Origin: the human T2T-CHM13v2.0 reference genome, Homo sapiens | DNA: 64,000 nt | Direction: 5' to 3' (one strand) | Assembly: GCF_009914755.1 (NCBI RefSeq) | Contig: NC_060933.1 | In this document: one piece after another, positions 32,603 through 48,169 of the stretch | How the letters are laid out: every line of letters begins with the position of its first letter | Numbering within the stretch: position 1 is the stretch's first letter | Program-made: the position numbers and the translations under genes | The notes under the pieces: model-generated | The model's database searches: none | What the model saw: the letters and a program-made list of their open reading frames with translations, nothing else | What the model was told of the DNA's origin: nothing

Positions 32603-32899
32603 GGCTGGGCACAGTGGCTCATGCCTGTAATCCCAGCACTTTGGGAGGCCCAGTGGGAGGATTGCTTCACCCTGGGAGTTTGAGACCAGGCTGGGCAACA
32701 TAGTGAGACCCTATCTCTATGAAAAATTTAAAAATTAGTCATACATGCTAAAGCACACCTGTAGCCCCAGCTATTTGTGGACTGAGGCAGGAGGATCACT
32801 TGTGCCCAAGAGTTCATCATTGCAGTGAGCTATGATCATATGACTGCACTCCAGCCTGGGCAACAGAGTAAGATCCTAGCTCTGAAAAAAAAAAAAAAA
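32603..32899 (+). mobile_element. AluJ
   Basis: Dimeric Alu with poly(A); TSD-like gaactggtagg / gaattggtggg. Confidence 0.92.
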
Positions 32900-33311
32900 G
32901 AATTGGTGGGATGTAGACCTAAGAGTGAGCCGGAGGATCTGTGGTGGTGAGACCTTTCATTCTAACTGCATTCAACTCTTACCTTTGCTACATTCACTAT
33001 GATATTGTCAGCATTTCCTCTATGTAAATAATTTGATTTTCAGCTGTGTGTACTCTGCTGTCTGTTGTTTCTAATTTATGTATGTTTTATAATATTGTTT
33101 TGTTTCTTAAGTTATTCCCTTGACTCTGAAATCTGTCTCATTTTGTTCTGCTTTTTGTGTTTTTTTGTTTTTGAGGTTTTCCTGCCATCATGTCCTTAAA
33201 TTCTTATTTTATAAATTCCTGTTTTTAACAAGGAATCCTATTTCTAATTCTTTTATGACCCAAAGGACCCATGGAAATGTGGACTATTCAACTGTGTTTT
33301 GCCCACTACAT

Positions 33312-33690
33312 TCCTTCTTCCCTCCTTAGTCCCTTCTTCTTTTCCCTCCCTTACTTCCTTCTTTCCCTTCTCCTCTTTCCTCCCTTTCATTCCTTTGTCT
33401 GCCTCCTGTCCTTTCTTCCTTCTCTTCTTCCTTCCTCCTTCCCTTCTTCTTCCCCCTTACTTCCCTCCATGCTGTCTTCTCCCTTCTAGCCTTCCTTCCT
33501 TTTCATCTTTTCTCCCTCTTCCCTCCTCTCTTTCCTTTCCTCCTTCCCTCTTTTTTTCCTTCCTTCTTTCCTTTTTTTCCTTTCCCCCTCCTTCCTTCAT
33601 TTTCCTTTTTCCTTCCTTCCTTCTTTTTTTCCTTTTTTTCTCTTTGTCTTCCTTTTTCCTTCCTTCCTGCTTCTTTCCTTCCTTATTCTC
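33312..33690 (+). repeat. CT-rich low-complexity polypyrimidine tract (~380 bp)
   Basis: Almost exclusively C/T, with degenerate CCTT/CTTT units. Confidence 0.95.
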
Positions 33691-33995
33691 AATTTATCTA
33701 GCACCATCGCTTGGATTTTTGTTGTTGTTGTTGTTTCACACAAGTTTAAGGCTGACAGCTCTAACCAGAACTTCTCTTTACTCTGGTAGACTGCAAGTCA
33801 GGCCTCATTGGCACCCTTTGCAGTTCATCTAAGACTGTGCTGTTTTCCCCTCTGGGCAGCAGGTGAAGGAGTGAATGTTGTATTAGACCCATCTTCCTGT
33901 GGCCTGTGGTGCAAGGGAACAGGAGAACCTTCTGCTGGGGCTCTGAGCAGCCTCAATCCACAATGTGAAGACATGAGCTCTTCTATTTCTTCAGA

Positions 33996-34298
33996 GTTTT
34001 TGTTTATTTGTTTGTGTTTTTGAGATAGTCTTACTCTGTCACCCAGGCTGTAGTGCAGCGGCACAATCTCAGCTCACTGCAACCTCTACCTCCTGGGTTC
34101 GAGTGATTCTTGTGCCTCAACCTCCCGAGTAGCTGGGATTACAGGCACGCACCACCACACCTGGCTAATTTTTGTATTTTTAGTACAGACAAGGTTTCAC
34201 CATGTTGGCCAGGCTGGTCTCGAACTGCCCTCAAGTGATCCGCCCACCTCAACCTCCCAAAGGTCTGGGTTTACAGACATGAGCCACCACACCCAGCT
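33996..34298 (-). mobile_element. AluS (AluSx/Sz-like)
   Basis: Dimeric Alu; TSD atttcttcagag. Confidence 0.94.
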
Positions 34299-35179
34299 AA
34301 TTTCTTCAGAGATTCTCTTAATATCCTGTATGACAGCATATCACCTGGCTATTGGCGCCAGTCCCCCAAAACCTTTCCCATGGGGCAAGAGTGCCCAGAG
34401 CCTTCATGTTACTGCCCAATTTCTTGGAAAGCCCTTCTTTTCTCTACTGATACCCTGCGATGATACTTAAGCATTTCTCTTAACTTTCCCTAGGCTTCCT
34501 ACTCACCCCCTCAGTCTCCTTCTCCACAAACTGGGGAATTTTGACAAGAATGTTCAGGACTCTATGGACTCCCCATCTCTCCCATGCTGTCTCTGGAAGG
34601 TGGGTGTGGGTTAGATGCCATGCTAGGCCCAGCCATGGTAGAGTCTTCTGAGTCTTTCTTTAGCTACCAGGTTTCCACAGTTAGTGAAATTGGAAACTTC
34701 TCCTCATTTGACTGCAGCTGGTGAGCTTACTGTTGGTTTTGATTATATTTGTTGTTGAGAGGCAGATTTTTGTGATTCTCTTTCACACGACTAACTGGGA
34801 AGCACCAAAAATGAAATCTCTCCCTCTGCCTTCTTGTGGAGACAGATCTTAAATATGTAAATAAACAAGAAAGTTTCAAAGCATTGCAACAGAAATAAAA
34901 TACAAGGAAAGCAACATCTCTTTTGGTTTGTCTTACTAGCTTTACCTTCCTTACTCCCTGGAACTATCATTTATAGGGATCTAGCCCTATAAATGACAAG
35001 TTGTTGCTTTAGTTGGATGCTGTGAAGCTCTAAATAAAACTGCTCCTAAGTGGATTGTGATGTCACACTTAATAAAAACTTTATTTTATGGGATAGTCAT
35101 GGGAACAATGACAGGTTAGACACACTAATCTGTCTCCAGGTGGTGGGCAGGGGTCGGGGGGAAGGGAGTCCTCATCTCT

Positions 35180-35340
35180 AGCATTTACAAATTTCTGTAG
35201 TATAAATACTTATGCCATGCTGATTTCAAGCTACTAACGATTTAATAACTGGCTTGAAAACTCCTAAATATTAAAAAAAAAAAAAAAGAAAACTCCTAAA
35301 TATTTAACAGTGGGCTCTTGTAAGTCAATACAAGACAGCA
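35180..35340. mobile_element. MER63-like hAT fragment containing a poly(A)-only insertion
   Basis: gcatttacaaatttctgtagtataaatac...ccatgctgatttcaagctac resembles MER63. Confidence 0.6.
35256..35304 (+). mobile_element. Poly(A)-only retroinsertion with 17-bp TSD
   Basis: gaaaactcctaaatatt + A15 + gaaaactcctaaatatt; TT|GAAAA L1-endonuclease-like site. Confidence 0.85.
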
Positions 35341-35759
35341 AAAGCCAAGCCCTTCAGTCTGTGCCCCATTGGGGCTGCTACTCTGGGACCTAAGCTCCAG
35401 TTCTCATTTTCAGAGTGGCCTTGAACAAGTTATATAACTGTTCTTAGTCTCCATATTTTCATTTTTATAAAAGGATCAATAATATGATAGAAATGTATGA
35501 TGGTTAGATCCCATAATGTTTGGTTCATAAAATCTTCCTAATTCATCAAGCACATACATGATAGAGGGGGAGAGGTCTATCATGAGCTGAGCTGTGAACT
35601 TGAGATTCTGAGGAGCTTCAGAATAAATGAAGACAGGTTCCTGCACTCACTCCCCATATAATTCATTTGTTAAACTGCATCCCCTCTCATTCCCTCCCTC
35701 TTTCTCACATGCATACATGTCCAGTTGAAGCCACCTGAATGTCCGATGTTGAAAGCTCA

Positions 35760-35900
35760 GTTTCCCGCTGTTGTCCTGACTTCCTTAGGGAGTTTTGATG
35801 AGTCATTCTGGCTCCGAGCCCCGCCACTTCCTCCTCCTGCAGAGGAAGCTCATTTTCAGCACTCACACCCACAAACCACACAGGAAAGCGAGAAGTGGGA
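35760..35900. promoter_or_regulatory. Putative enhancer: AP-1, ETS, GC-box/KLF and RUNX motif cluster
   Basis: ATGAGTCAT 35798-35806, ACTTCCT 35779, CACTTCCTC 35826, GAGGAAG 35842, GCCCCGCCAC 35818, CACACCC 35864, AAACCACA 35873; non-repetitive with several retained CpGs. Confidence 0.5.
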
Positions 35901-36084
35901 TTAAGTGAAAATGTTGAGCTCCTTCCATCGCCTCTGGTCCACTATTATACATGATCTTGCCAACTGTTCCTTGACTGTGTCTGCAGCTTGTCTGAGAACT
36001 GGAGTGGCCCCTGGAGCACACATCCCTGCCTGTGCATTGCCTGGAAAGTCGAGCTCTATAGCCAAGGAAAAACCTCCTGATTGG

Positions 36085-36573
<489 letters not shown>

Positions 36574-37307
36574 AACAATTATTATCATCATTAAGTAGAT
36601 CTGCCTAAGGATATCTTTCCAGTCTTTGAGAAGCTTCCCCTATGACTATTTTAAAACGTGTATCCTTTAATAAATTTCAAACTCACTATTCAGGATTTCT
36701 TTCACTGAGTTGCTATTTTTTAACTTATCCAAAAGCTCTTTCATAATCTTTTATGCCATTTTGCCGAATAGGAATTTTTCTGTATGGTTTTGCTCTAGAT
36801 GTCAGTCTAGACTGTTTTGAAAACCTCATACAAGATTTGCTTGTTCTCCAGACATTTATTTATCATTTGATTGAGAAATCTTTTTATCTTTTTTCTATTA
36901 TTTCCCTTTTTCTTGATTTTTGCAATGCAGATGGAAAAAGGAATCAGTGTTGGGTTGATGGCCATGGGTGCTTAGGAAAGCCTGGATTCATTTATTCATT
37001 CCACACACATTTGTTGAGTACATTTCTTATGCCTTTGTGTCAGGCACTACTCTAGGAGATAAGCCCACAGAGAACAAAAACACAGTCCCTAGCTTCAAGG
37101 ACTTCTGAGACTAAGCAGAAACTACAGACAGATCAACTGGTGATAAATGTGTGGTGTGTTAAGTGCTAGATACAAGAATTCATATACCACTATGGGAACC
37201 TGTGGGTCAGAGGGAGCTAAACTGGGAAAGGAGGAGACAGGGAAGTTTTTCTGAAGTTTGCAAGTGACTTTCACGTAAAGAAAGTGGACAAAAAAAATCC
37301 CAGGCAG

Positions 37308-37873
<566 letters not shown>

Positions 37874-38211
37874 TTAAAGTGGGGAAGTCTGAAGATGGAA
37901 GGAGGTAAACACAATGGGTAGAGAACAAGGAGGTTTGAACTGAGGAGACAGCAGTGGGAACGCAGAGAAGTGGAGGGCTATGAGAGAGATGTGAAGCAGC
38001 AAACTCAATAGCTCTTGGTGACCAAATAGACATGGTAGATAAGAGAAAAAGAAGAGTCCAAGGATGACTCTTAAATTCTTGGCTTAGGTATCTAAAGACT
38101 GTGGTGCCATCCAATGAACAGGAAGCACAGGAGGAAGAATAGATTTAAGGGGTTAAATAATTATTCGTTTTAGATATCTTAGGTTGATTTGCCTGTGATA
38201 CGTCCAGACCA

Positions 38212-38515
38212 GACCAGGTGTGGTGGCTCACGCCTATAATCCCAGCACTTTGGGAGGCAAAGACAGGAGGATTGCTTGAGCACAACAGTTCGAGATCAGC
38301 CTGGGAAACATGGCAAAACCTCGTCTTCACAAAAAATATGAAAATTAGCCAGGCATGGTGGCATGCACCTTTAGTCCCAGCTACTGGGGAGGCTGAGACT
38401 GGAGGATCACTTGAGCCCAGGGAGGTCAAGGCTGCAGTGAGCCAAGATTGCACCATTGCACTCCAGCCTGGGTGACAGCGTGAGGCCCTGTCTCAAAAAA
38501 CAAAAATAAAAGTAA
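38212..38515 (+). mobile_element. AluJ
   Basis: Dimeric Alu with ggaggatcacttgagcccag...gtcaaggctgcagtgag. Confidence 0.92.
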
Positions 38516-38676
38516 ATGTCCAGGCCAGACAAAAGTGTTTCAAAGTGGTGCAATGTGTCTAGTTTGGAGTTTGAGAGACAGATCTTAGCAGAATACAGGT
38601 AGTAATCAAGGTCACAGACATATATAGGGAGTCAACAGAATGAGAAGAGAATAAACAGTCAAGGAGGAAAGACTGA

Positions 38677-39492
<816 letters not shown>

Positions 39493-39949
39493 GATTTAAG
39501 GCTCAGTTCAGGTACCACATTTTCCAGAAAAGCAATTACCTGTCTCCTCCTGACACCGAAGCCCCATCCTATAAAACCCTCAAGGGTATGGTCCAACTTT
39601 TACACATCTCCACATCTCTAGAACCTAGAATGGTTTTCTGACACATTGTATCTATTTGGTCCCTCAATATATGTTTTTCAAAAAAATTGAAATCAAGGGA
39701 AGAAAGACACTCAAATGAGAGGAAATGATCAGCTCTGTGAAATACTTCCAAGAAGCCAAGTCAAAACATTGTACTTCTAAACAAGACAGTCAATTTGCAA
39801 TGGCAAGAGAACTTAGTAAACTAAAAGAGGCAGAAACCAAATAACGCTGGGAGTGAATTGAGACAGTAGGGAAAGAAAAAGTAGATTTCTCTTCTGAGAA
39901 CTTTGTCAGTGAAGAGTTACATCACTTCATATAATAGCTGGTAAGCAAA

Positions 39950-40670
39950 GGATTTTCACCATAATGGCTCTTGAAATATTATGCCACTTTTGAGGCAATT
40001 TCTTCTGCTTTATTACAATGACTTTTTCACCTAAAACATACGAGACAAGTCCTCTATAAGAAGTGATATTTTGGTATTCTGGTTCCAGGCAAAGTCACAC
40101 TCCCCAATTTACTTGACACAACAGTTTCTCATCAGAGAGTATCATGCAAAACAAATTTGAATTGCACTCATGTTTGTATAAATCCAAATCTGTTTTGAAT
40201 ATGTGAAAAAGAGGCTAGGGAGATGGCTTCTTCTTCAGTCTTTTTTCACATGTAACAACTCCACATTTCTAAGCACTCTCTTGTCTGGACTTTATTTTAT
40301 GCTGCGAGTGTGTTTCTATGCTATAAGATTACTTTCACTGCACTTTGAGTGCAGACACCTCAAGCCCCCAAAAAGTTGAAAAATTGTTGAAGAAGATGAT
40401 GCAAAGAGAAATAATTAGCTTAAGAAATTTTCATCTATCACATTTAATGCACAAATTATTGACTTTCAAAATGTTATCCATTACTTGTAAAAATTTGTTT
40501 TTATCATTCAATATATATTTACTAACTATGAAAATGATTTGGGTATCATGGGTTCTGATGAAATTCATCAAAATATTTCCATTAAAATTAATGAAAATAT
40601 TTTCCTTATGGAATGGCTTTTCATTTAGCAACAGACTTTTCAGAAATGAATTTAAATTGTTAAAGGAGGG
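39950..40670 (+). mobile_element. Possible ancient hAT (Tip100/Arthur/Zaphod-like) transposase remnant
   Basis: AT-rich, coding-like sequence; degenerate translation (KIVEEDD..LKKFSSITFNAQ..) is weakly reminiscent of the hAT core; full of stops. Confidence 0.35.
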
Positions 40671-40972
40671 ATAGGTGTTGTGAAAATGGGAGGGTGATAG
40701 AGAGTCATGGAGATTTTTTTTAAAGATGGAAGATAGTTTAGTGCAATTGTATATCAAAGCGAAACAAAAACACAGTAAGAGAGAATGAAGATACAGAAGT
40801 CAGAAGACATCACTGATAAAGTGATTTCCTGAGAAAGTAAAAAGGAAAGAGGATCCAGAACACAGGTGCCTTGGACTAATGTGGAATGAAGGCAACTGTT
40901 CTCATAGAAACTCAGGGGAATGGAGGAAATAAAGGCTGCAGATTCAGATCAGTGGGTCAGGAAGAGGAAGGT

Positions 40973-41738
<766 letters not shown>

Positions 41739-42559
41739 AAAGGAGAAAAGAAGTTCAGGAAGTTCAGGGAGAAATGCTTTCTGACCACTATTCCCTGGAT
41801 GAAATCCTGGATGGCATCATCCACTGAGAGCTGAGGGTGCTGCTGAGGGAGCATTAGGAAACTGGCAAACATTTGCATAGTTATTGTGGACAAGCAGGAG
41901 GTTGCTAACTCAAAATGTGCAGAAACATTGTTAGAGCAATTTAGAGATACTGACGGCTCAGTGCTGGAACAGCAGAAGACCACCTCTGTGAGGCCCCTGT
42001 TCCTGGAGTTACGTGTGGTTGCGTAGATTCTGTATGAATATACAAGACTTGATTTTTGGTGGAGCATGGGGAAGGATCTGCTGTGTAGAACTGTTAATGA
42101 GAATTTTATATATATGAGGAAATAATACACTTTTTCACAAATGTATTTATTCATTTTCTGCAATACAAATAAGAATACATGTGATGGTTTATCCTTTCAA
42201 AATCCAAATATCCAAGTATCCATCCCCATATTCAACAGGCGATATTTTTGCCATATTCTCATCAGAACATTTGTTTTCAGAAGTAGACATAGCAAATATC
42301 ATTGAAGCCTCAATGTTTCTCCGTCTCTCCTCAGAAGTCATTAGCATCCATGTTTTCATAATTTATCTTCCAGGTATTTTATGCATAAGCAATATTTATA
42401 TTTATTTGACATTGCCATTACCAGTAAAATAATAGAGAATTGTTTTTGAATGATTTTATTGTTTAAATAAATGTCATCTTACTGTACAACAATTTGCTTT
42501 TCTCACTCAACTTTTTGTTTTTGAGTGTTATCATGTTAATACATGTAACTGGAAAATGA

Positions 42560-43240
42560 GATTTTTTATTATAGTTTTTAAGTTAAGAATAGAATAACTA
42601 ATTTATTTTACTTGAAAAAATCTTTTTACAGAGTTTCTTCTTAAATTTTCATCTTAAATTACACCTTTCTAATTTAAATGAACAGTTTTTATATACTGAT
42701 TGTATTAATTGAAATAAGAACAAAATGACCAACAAAGTTTATTTTTTTAACTAACACACACACACACACACAATTCTCTATTATGAATATTTTAACAAAT
42801 GTAGTTTCCTAAAACAAACATACATTGTCTCAAGTTTACAAGTCAACATTCTTGCAATCTCTACTAAACAAACTTTTACACATGGCAGGAAAGTTCTTTG
42901 CTCTTTCAAGTAAATAGTCTTAGATAAGAGATCATTTCATGATAACTAAAGACAAAAGAAGCATAGATAAATTTTATAATCATGGCAACTGGAATGTAAA
43001 TATTCTCTAAGCTTCTGCATTATCTTTTTCATCTAAACAAAGAATAAGGGCTAACCCAGTGTTTGGGATTCTCAAAAACACTATGCTAATAACCTCATTG
43101 AAGTTTTTTATTACGTATTACTGAACCATGTGGCTTAGAGTTTCAACTATAATTTTAACTGAAGCTGATTCTAAGTATTTGAGGTAAATAATGTTCTATG
43201 ATATAGAACATTAAAGAATCTATAGGCAGAATCTATGGCC
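42560..43240 (-). mobile_element. Possible second ancient DNA-transposon remnant (opposite orientation)
   Basis: AT-rich segment interrupting an old antisense L1; weak similarity to the hAT C-terminal region. Confidence 0.25.
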
Positions 43241-43249
43241 ACATAGTAG

Positions 43250-43990
43250 CAATTCATGTTAATTCTTCACAGTATTCCATTGTATAAAGATCCTACATTC
43301 TAATCTACTCTCTGGCAATAAGATTAGTTTATTTCCAGTTTTTAATTATCACAGGGAAACCCCCAAGAACATTTATGCATATGCCTCTGAACTCACATGC
43401 AAGAGTCTATGTTCCACATTAAGTCAACTGCTGGATCACCGGGTAAAGAGAATGTGCATCTTTGATATGATACAAAGATCATATCTTTACCAGAAATTGT
43501 TAAAATTGTTTTGAAGAAGTTGCACCAGCGTAGCCTTTCACCACTCCTGTGTGAGACTTCTGGCTTGTTTTTCCACATCCCAACTCAGACTCGGAATTAC
43601 GAGACTTTTAAGTTTTCACCAATCTGCTGGGTATAAATCCGTGCCTTTAATCTGTATTTCCCTAGTTACTGGGGAGACTATGCTTTGCTTTTGGATTTTG
43701 GATATGCTTTGTGGCCATGTTTGTTTCCTCTTCTGTGAATTGTTTGATCACATCCTTTGCAAATTTTTTCAAGGTCTTGTATTTTCTTTAAAGGTTTGTA
43801 GGAATTCTTGATATATTCTGCATACAATTGCTTTTTCAGTTTTATGTGTTGCAAAAACCACCTTCCAGTGTGTGGATTTAGTACTACCATTTTAATTTGC
43901 ACTTACCATTCTTCTCCTCCTCCTCCTCCTCCTCACTCTTATGTTTGCTCCATTCTTGCCTTCTGTTGTACTTATAACATTTATAAATAT
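43250..43990 (-). mobile_element. Old L1 (L1ME-like) antisense fragment
   Basis: cagtattccattgtat...tttccagttttt...tttaatctgtatttccct...ttcctcttctgtgaattg. Confidence 0.75.
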
Positions 43991-43997
43991 ATACATA

Positions 43998-44536
43998 TGT
44001 GAAAGGAAAATAAATCTTGGGATAAGCCAAAGGGAAAAGTCAAGCTGGGAACTGCTTAGGGCAAAGCTTCCTCCCATTCTACTCCTAAAAAAGACAGCTA
44101 CTGAAATTTAAAAAGCCACATAACCTCCTTCACAATTTGTCCACCAGGAAATTCCTTACAGACAAAGGTCAGATAGAACTCAAAATCATTCCTCTGCTCA
44201 CTGAGATAAATGCATATCTGCTTGCTTACTTTGGAGAGGCTAATCAGAAACTCAAAAAAATGCAACCATTTGTTGCTTATTATTTACCTATGACCTGGAA
44301 GCCCCCTCCCCGCTTCGAGTTGTCCCACCTTTCTGGACCAAAACAATATACATCTTTATACATATTGATTGATGTCTCAAGTCTCCCTGAAAATGTATAA
44401 AACCAAGCTGTGCCCCAACCACCTTGGGCACATGTCATCAGGATGTCCTGAGGCTGTCACAGATACGTGTCCTTAACCTTGGCAAAATAAACTTTCTAAA
44501 TTTATTGAGACCTGTCTCAGATATTTGGGGTTCACA
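43998..44536 (+). mobile_element. MER4A-type (ERV1) solo LTR, intact termini
   Basis: tgtgaaaggaaaataaatcttggg ... ggggttcaca; TG/CA ends; 4-bp TSD CATA; AATAAA at ~44487. Confidence 0.92.
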
Positions 44537-44656
44537 CATATATAGTCCATTTATTTTCCTTTGTGGTTTTAAAGCTATACATAGTTCCTATTCTTTTAAT
44601 GGTCACTCAGGTTTTTTTTTTTTACCTACATACTTAGTCTTTCCAGTAAAGTCAGC

Positions 44657-44835
44657 AGGAGTGGTTCCCAAAGCATAGACCCCAGAGCAGCAGCCTTAGC
44701 ATCACCTGGGAACTGTTAGAAATGCAGATTCTCAGGTCCCACCCCAGACCTAATGAATCAGAAATTCTATGGGTGGGTACACAACCTGTGTGTTCCAAGT
44801 GATTCTGACGCATGCCAAAATTGGAGAAACACTGG
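44657..44835. mobile_element. MER5A/MER5A1
   Basis: gtggttcccaaa...cagcagc...catcacctgggaactgttagaaatgcagattctcagg...gagaaacactg. Confidence 0.85.
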
Positions 44836-45317
44836 TCTGGAATTACTTAAATATTTCTATCAACCTTCTCCTACCCAATCTCATAAGAACCCTCATCCCT
44901 ACTCCACCTTCTTCCTTGGTATTCTTGCCTGGAATTTTGATGTCTGTGCTGTGTTTGTGTGTGTGGGTGTGGAAATAGTGTCCATGGTTAATTAAATAAA
45001 ACAGCATTTCAAGAAGATTAGTTTCTCTTGGGGTTTTTGTTTTGTTTTGTTTCATCACAATCCTTGGATCTCTGTTAATGGTCCTTTCATTAAGGACCCT
45101 AAGTTGTTAAATTTTCCTAATGCATTTTTGAAAGTCTTTATATGGTCTTTATTTTTGAATCTTGGTTCATTCGGGGTTTAGAATTCAAAGTTTGCAGTTA
45201 TTGTCTATCAGCACCTTGAAAATATTAATCTGTTGTGATGCGGTATCTGTTGCAGGTGAGAAGTCTGTTGATCACCTAATGAGATCTGTTAGCAAGAATT
45301 CTGTCTTTCTGTCCTGT

Positions 45318-45992
45318 GTTTTTTTTGTTCTTTTGTTTTGTTTTGTTTCAGACAGAGTCTCACTCTGTCGCCCAGCCTGCAGTGCAGTGGTGCAATCTAG
45401 GCTCACTGCAACCTCCATCTCCTGGGTTCAAGCAATTCTGGTGCCTCAGCCTCCCGAGTAGGTATGATATGTTTTGGCTATATGTCCCCACCCAAATCTC
45501 ACCTTGAATTGTAATAATCCCCATGTGTCAAGGGCAGGGCCAGGTGGAGATAATTGAATCTTGAAGGTGGTTTCCCCCATACTGTTCTCGTGGTAGTGAG
45601 TAAGTCTCATGAGATCTGACGGTTTTATAAATGGGAATTCCCCTGCACATGCTCTCTTGCCTGCTGCCATGTAAGACGTGACTTTGCTCCTCCTTTGCCT
45701 TCCACCATTATTCTGAGGCCTCTCCAGGCATGTGAAACTGTAAGTCCATTAAATCTTTTTTTCTTTATAAATTACCCAGTCTCAGGTATTTCTTTATCTG
45801 CAGTGTGAGAACAGACTAATGCAAGCTGTGATTACAGGCATGCACCACCACACCCAGCTAATTTTTGTATTTTTAGTAGAGACAGGGTTTCGCCATGTTG
45901 GCCAGGCTGGTATCAAACTCCTGGCCTCAAGTGATCTGGCTGCTTCAGACTCCCAAAGTGCTGTGATTACGAGTGTGAACCACTGCGCCCAA
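45318..45992 (-). mobile_element. Alu (AluS/J) split by a THE1 LTR
   Basis: Alu halves 45318-45464 and 45824-45992 join as cccgagt-agctg-tgattacagg. Confidence 0.9.
45465..45823 (+). mobile_element. THE1 (C/D-like) MaLR solo LTR
   Basis: tgatatg...ccccacccaaatctcaccttgaattgtaa...aattacccagtctcaggtat...cagactaatgca. Confidence 0.92.
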
Positions 45993-46189
45993 CCTTCTCC
46001 TGTGGTTTTTAAAACTTTTGTCTTTACTCTTGTTCTGCAATTTTACCATCTTGTGTCTACATGTGCATTTATTTCTATTTATCCTTTTCATTATTCTTTG
46101 TGCATTTTTAATTGTAAGGATTTGTGAATTTCTTTGTGAAAAGTCTTCAGTTCTTTCTTTGAGTATTCTCTCATTATCCTTTTTTCCCT

Positions 46190-46361
46190 TTATGTATGTA
46201 TGTATGTATGTATGTATGTATGTATGTATGTATGTATGTTTGTAGAGATGAGGGTCTCACTATGTTGCCCAGACTGGTCCTGAACTTCTCAGCTCAAGTG
46301 ATCCTCCTGACTTAATCTCCCAAAGTGTTGGGAATACAGGCATAAGCCACTGTGTCTAGCC
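46190..46361 (-). mobile_element. Alu monomer with (TATG)n tail
   Basis: (TATG)n at 46191-46238 followed by antisense left-arm sequence. Confidence 0.88.
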
Positions 46362-46549
46362 TGAATTTCTAATACAATTGTTCAGAGCACTTTTTTCTTC
46401 AGCTGTGTCAGCCTAGAGTTGATCCAATCTATTGTGTGTGTGTTTTTTTTTTTAACTTTCCAGATTTTACATACATGTTATCCAGGTGATTCTATTTCAT
46501 ATGTAACTGTTCTTATGTCCTTTCTGCCTTTTTTTGTTTGGTTAATTCT

Positions 46550-47081
<532 letters not shown>

Positions 47082-47685
47082 TTATTCTATTAATTATATG
47101 TAAAGTAAATTTGTCACAAATGTTGGCTTTCTCTCTTAGACTAGACTTCTTCATGTTTTGGACTGTGTACTTCAGCTCATCTTAGGTGAAATTTTTTTCT
47201 CTTTCATCCTTTCCAGCCAGTCTCCAGGTTTGGGGTTGTTTCTACCTGGCCGTTCAGAGCCCTCAACTTCTACTTCTAGTGGTGGCTCACAACTACCTCT
47301 CTCCCCCACATGCTGTGTGGTATTGCAGGTATTGATGATCTGCCAAGGTGTGGGGCTTGCTTAAGATTTTGGTTGTGTGCTTATACAGTTTCTTTCTTTC
47401 CTGGTTACAAAACTTCACAGAAGTGATAGCCCTAAGGAGTTTTCCAGACTTGTTTCTTAACCAGGGGAGCTTCATTCAGTCCCCTAGTTTCAAGAAATTC
47501 CTGCTCCCTTTCAGACATAAAGCCCAGCAAGGCCCAGAACCAACCCCCAATTATAACTTTGTGGGTTTGTTGTGTTTCTGATACATGGAAATATTGTTTA
47601 TTATTGGTATACCAAATGCTTCTATTTTCTATTTTTATACTAAAGATGGCATTTCAAAGAATAAATTTATAATGCCTACTGAACA

Positions 47686-48098
47686 GCATTAGTCAGTTCT
47701 TGCACTGCTATAAATAAATACCCGAGACTGGGTAATTAATAAGGACAAGAGGTGTAATTGGCTCACAGTTCCACAGGCTGTACAGAAAGTGCAGTGGCAT
47801 CTGTTCAGCTTCTTGGGAGGCCTCAGGAAACTTACAATCATAGCAGAAGGTAAAATGAGAACAGCACTTCACATGGCTAGAAAAGAAGCAAGAGAGAGAA
47901 GGGGCACCTGCCACACACTTTTAAACAACCAGATCTCATGAGGACTCACTATGGGAATGACAGCACCAAGGGAGATGGTGTCAGACCATGAGAAACCACC
48001 CCCGTGATCCAATCACTTCCCACCAAGCCCCACCTCCAATATAGGGGATTACATTTCAACATGAGATTTGAACAGGGACACAGATCCAAACCATATCA
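47686..48098 (-). mobile_element. MSTA/MSTB solo LTR
   Basis: attagtcagttcttgcactgctataa...gagactgggtaatt...gggaggcctcaggaaacttacaatc...ccaaaccatatca. Confidence 0.9.
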
Positions 48099-48169
48099 TT
48101 GACACACAGATTCTGACAAGAAATCTGCTTTGTTATGTTTTTAGGGCCCAGGAAGGTAAACAGAATGAT

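Noticed and set aside
33299-33832. Longest ORF (177 aa, F/L/P/S-rich)
   Set aside because: Artifact of the CT-rich low-complexity tract, which cannot encode stop codons
40345-40757. Overlapping ~109-aa ORFs on both strands
   Set aside because: AT-rich degenerate sequence with no recognisable intact domain and no splice context
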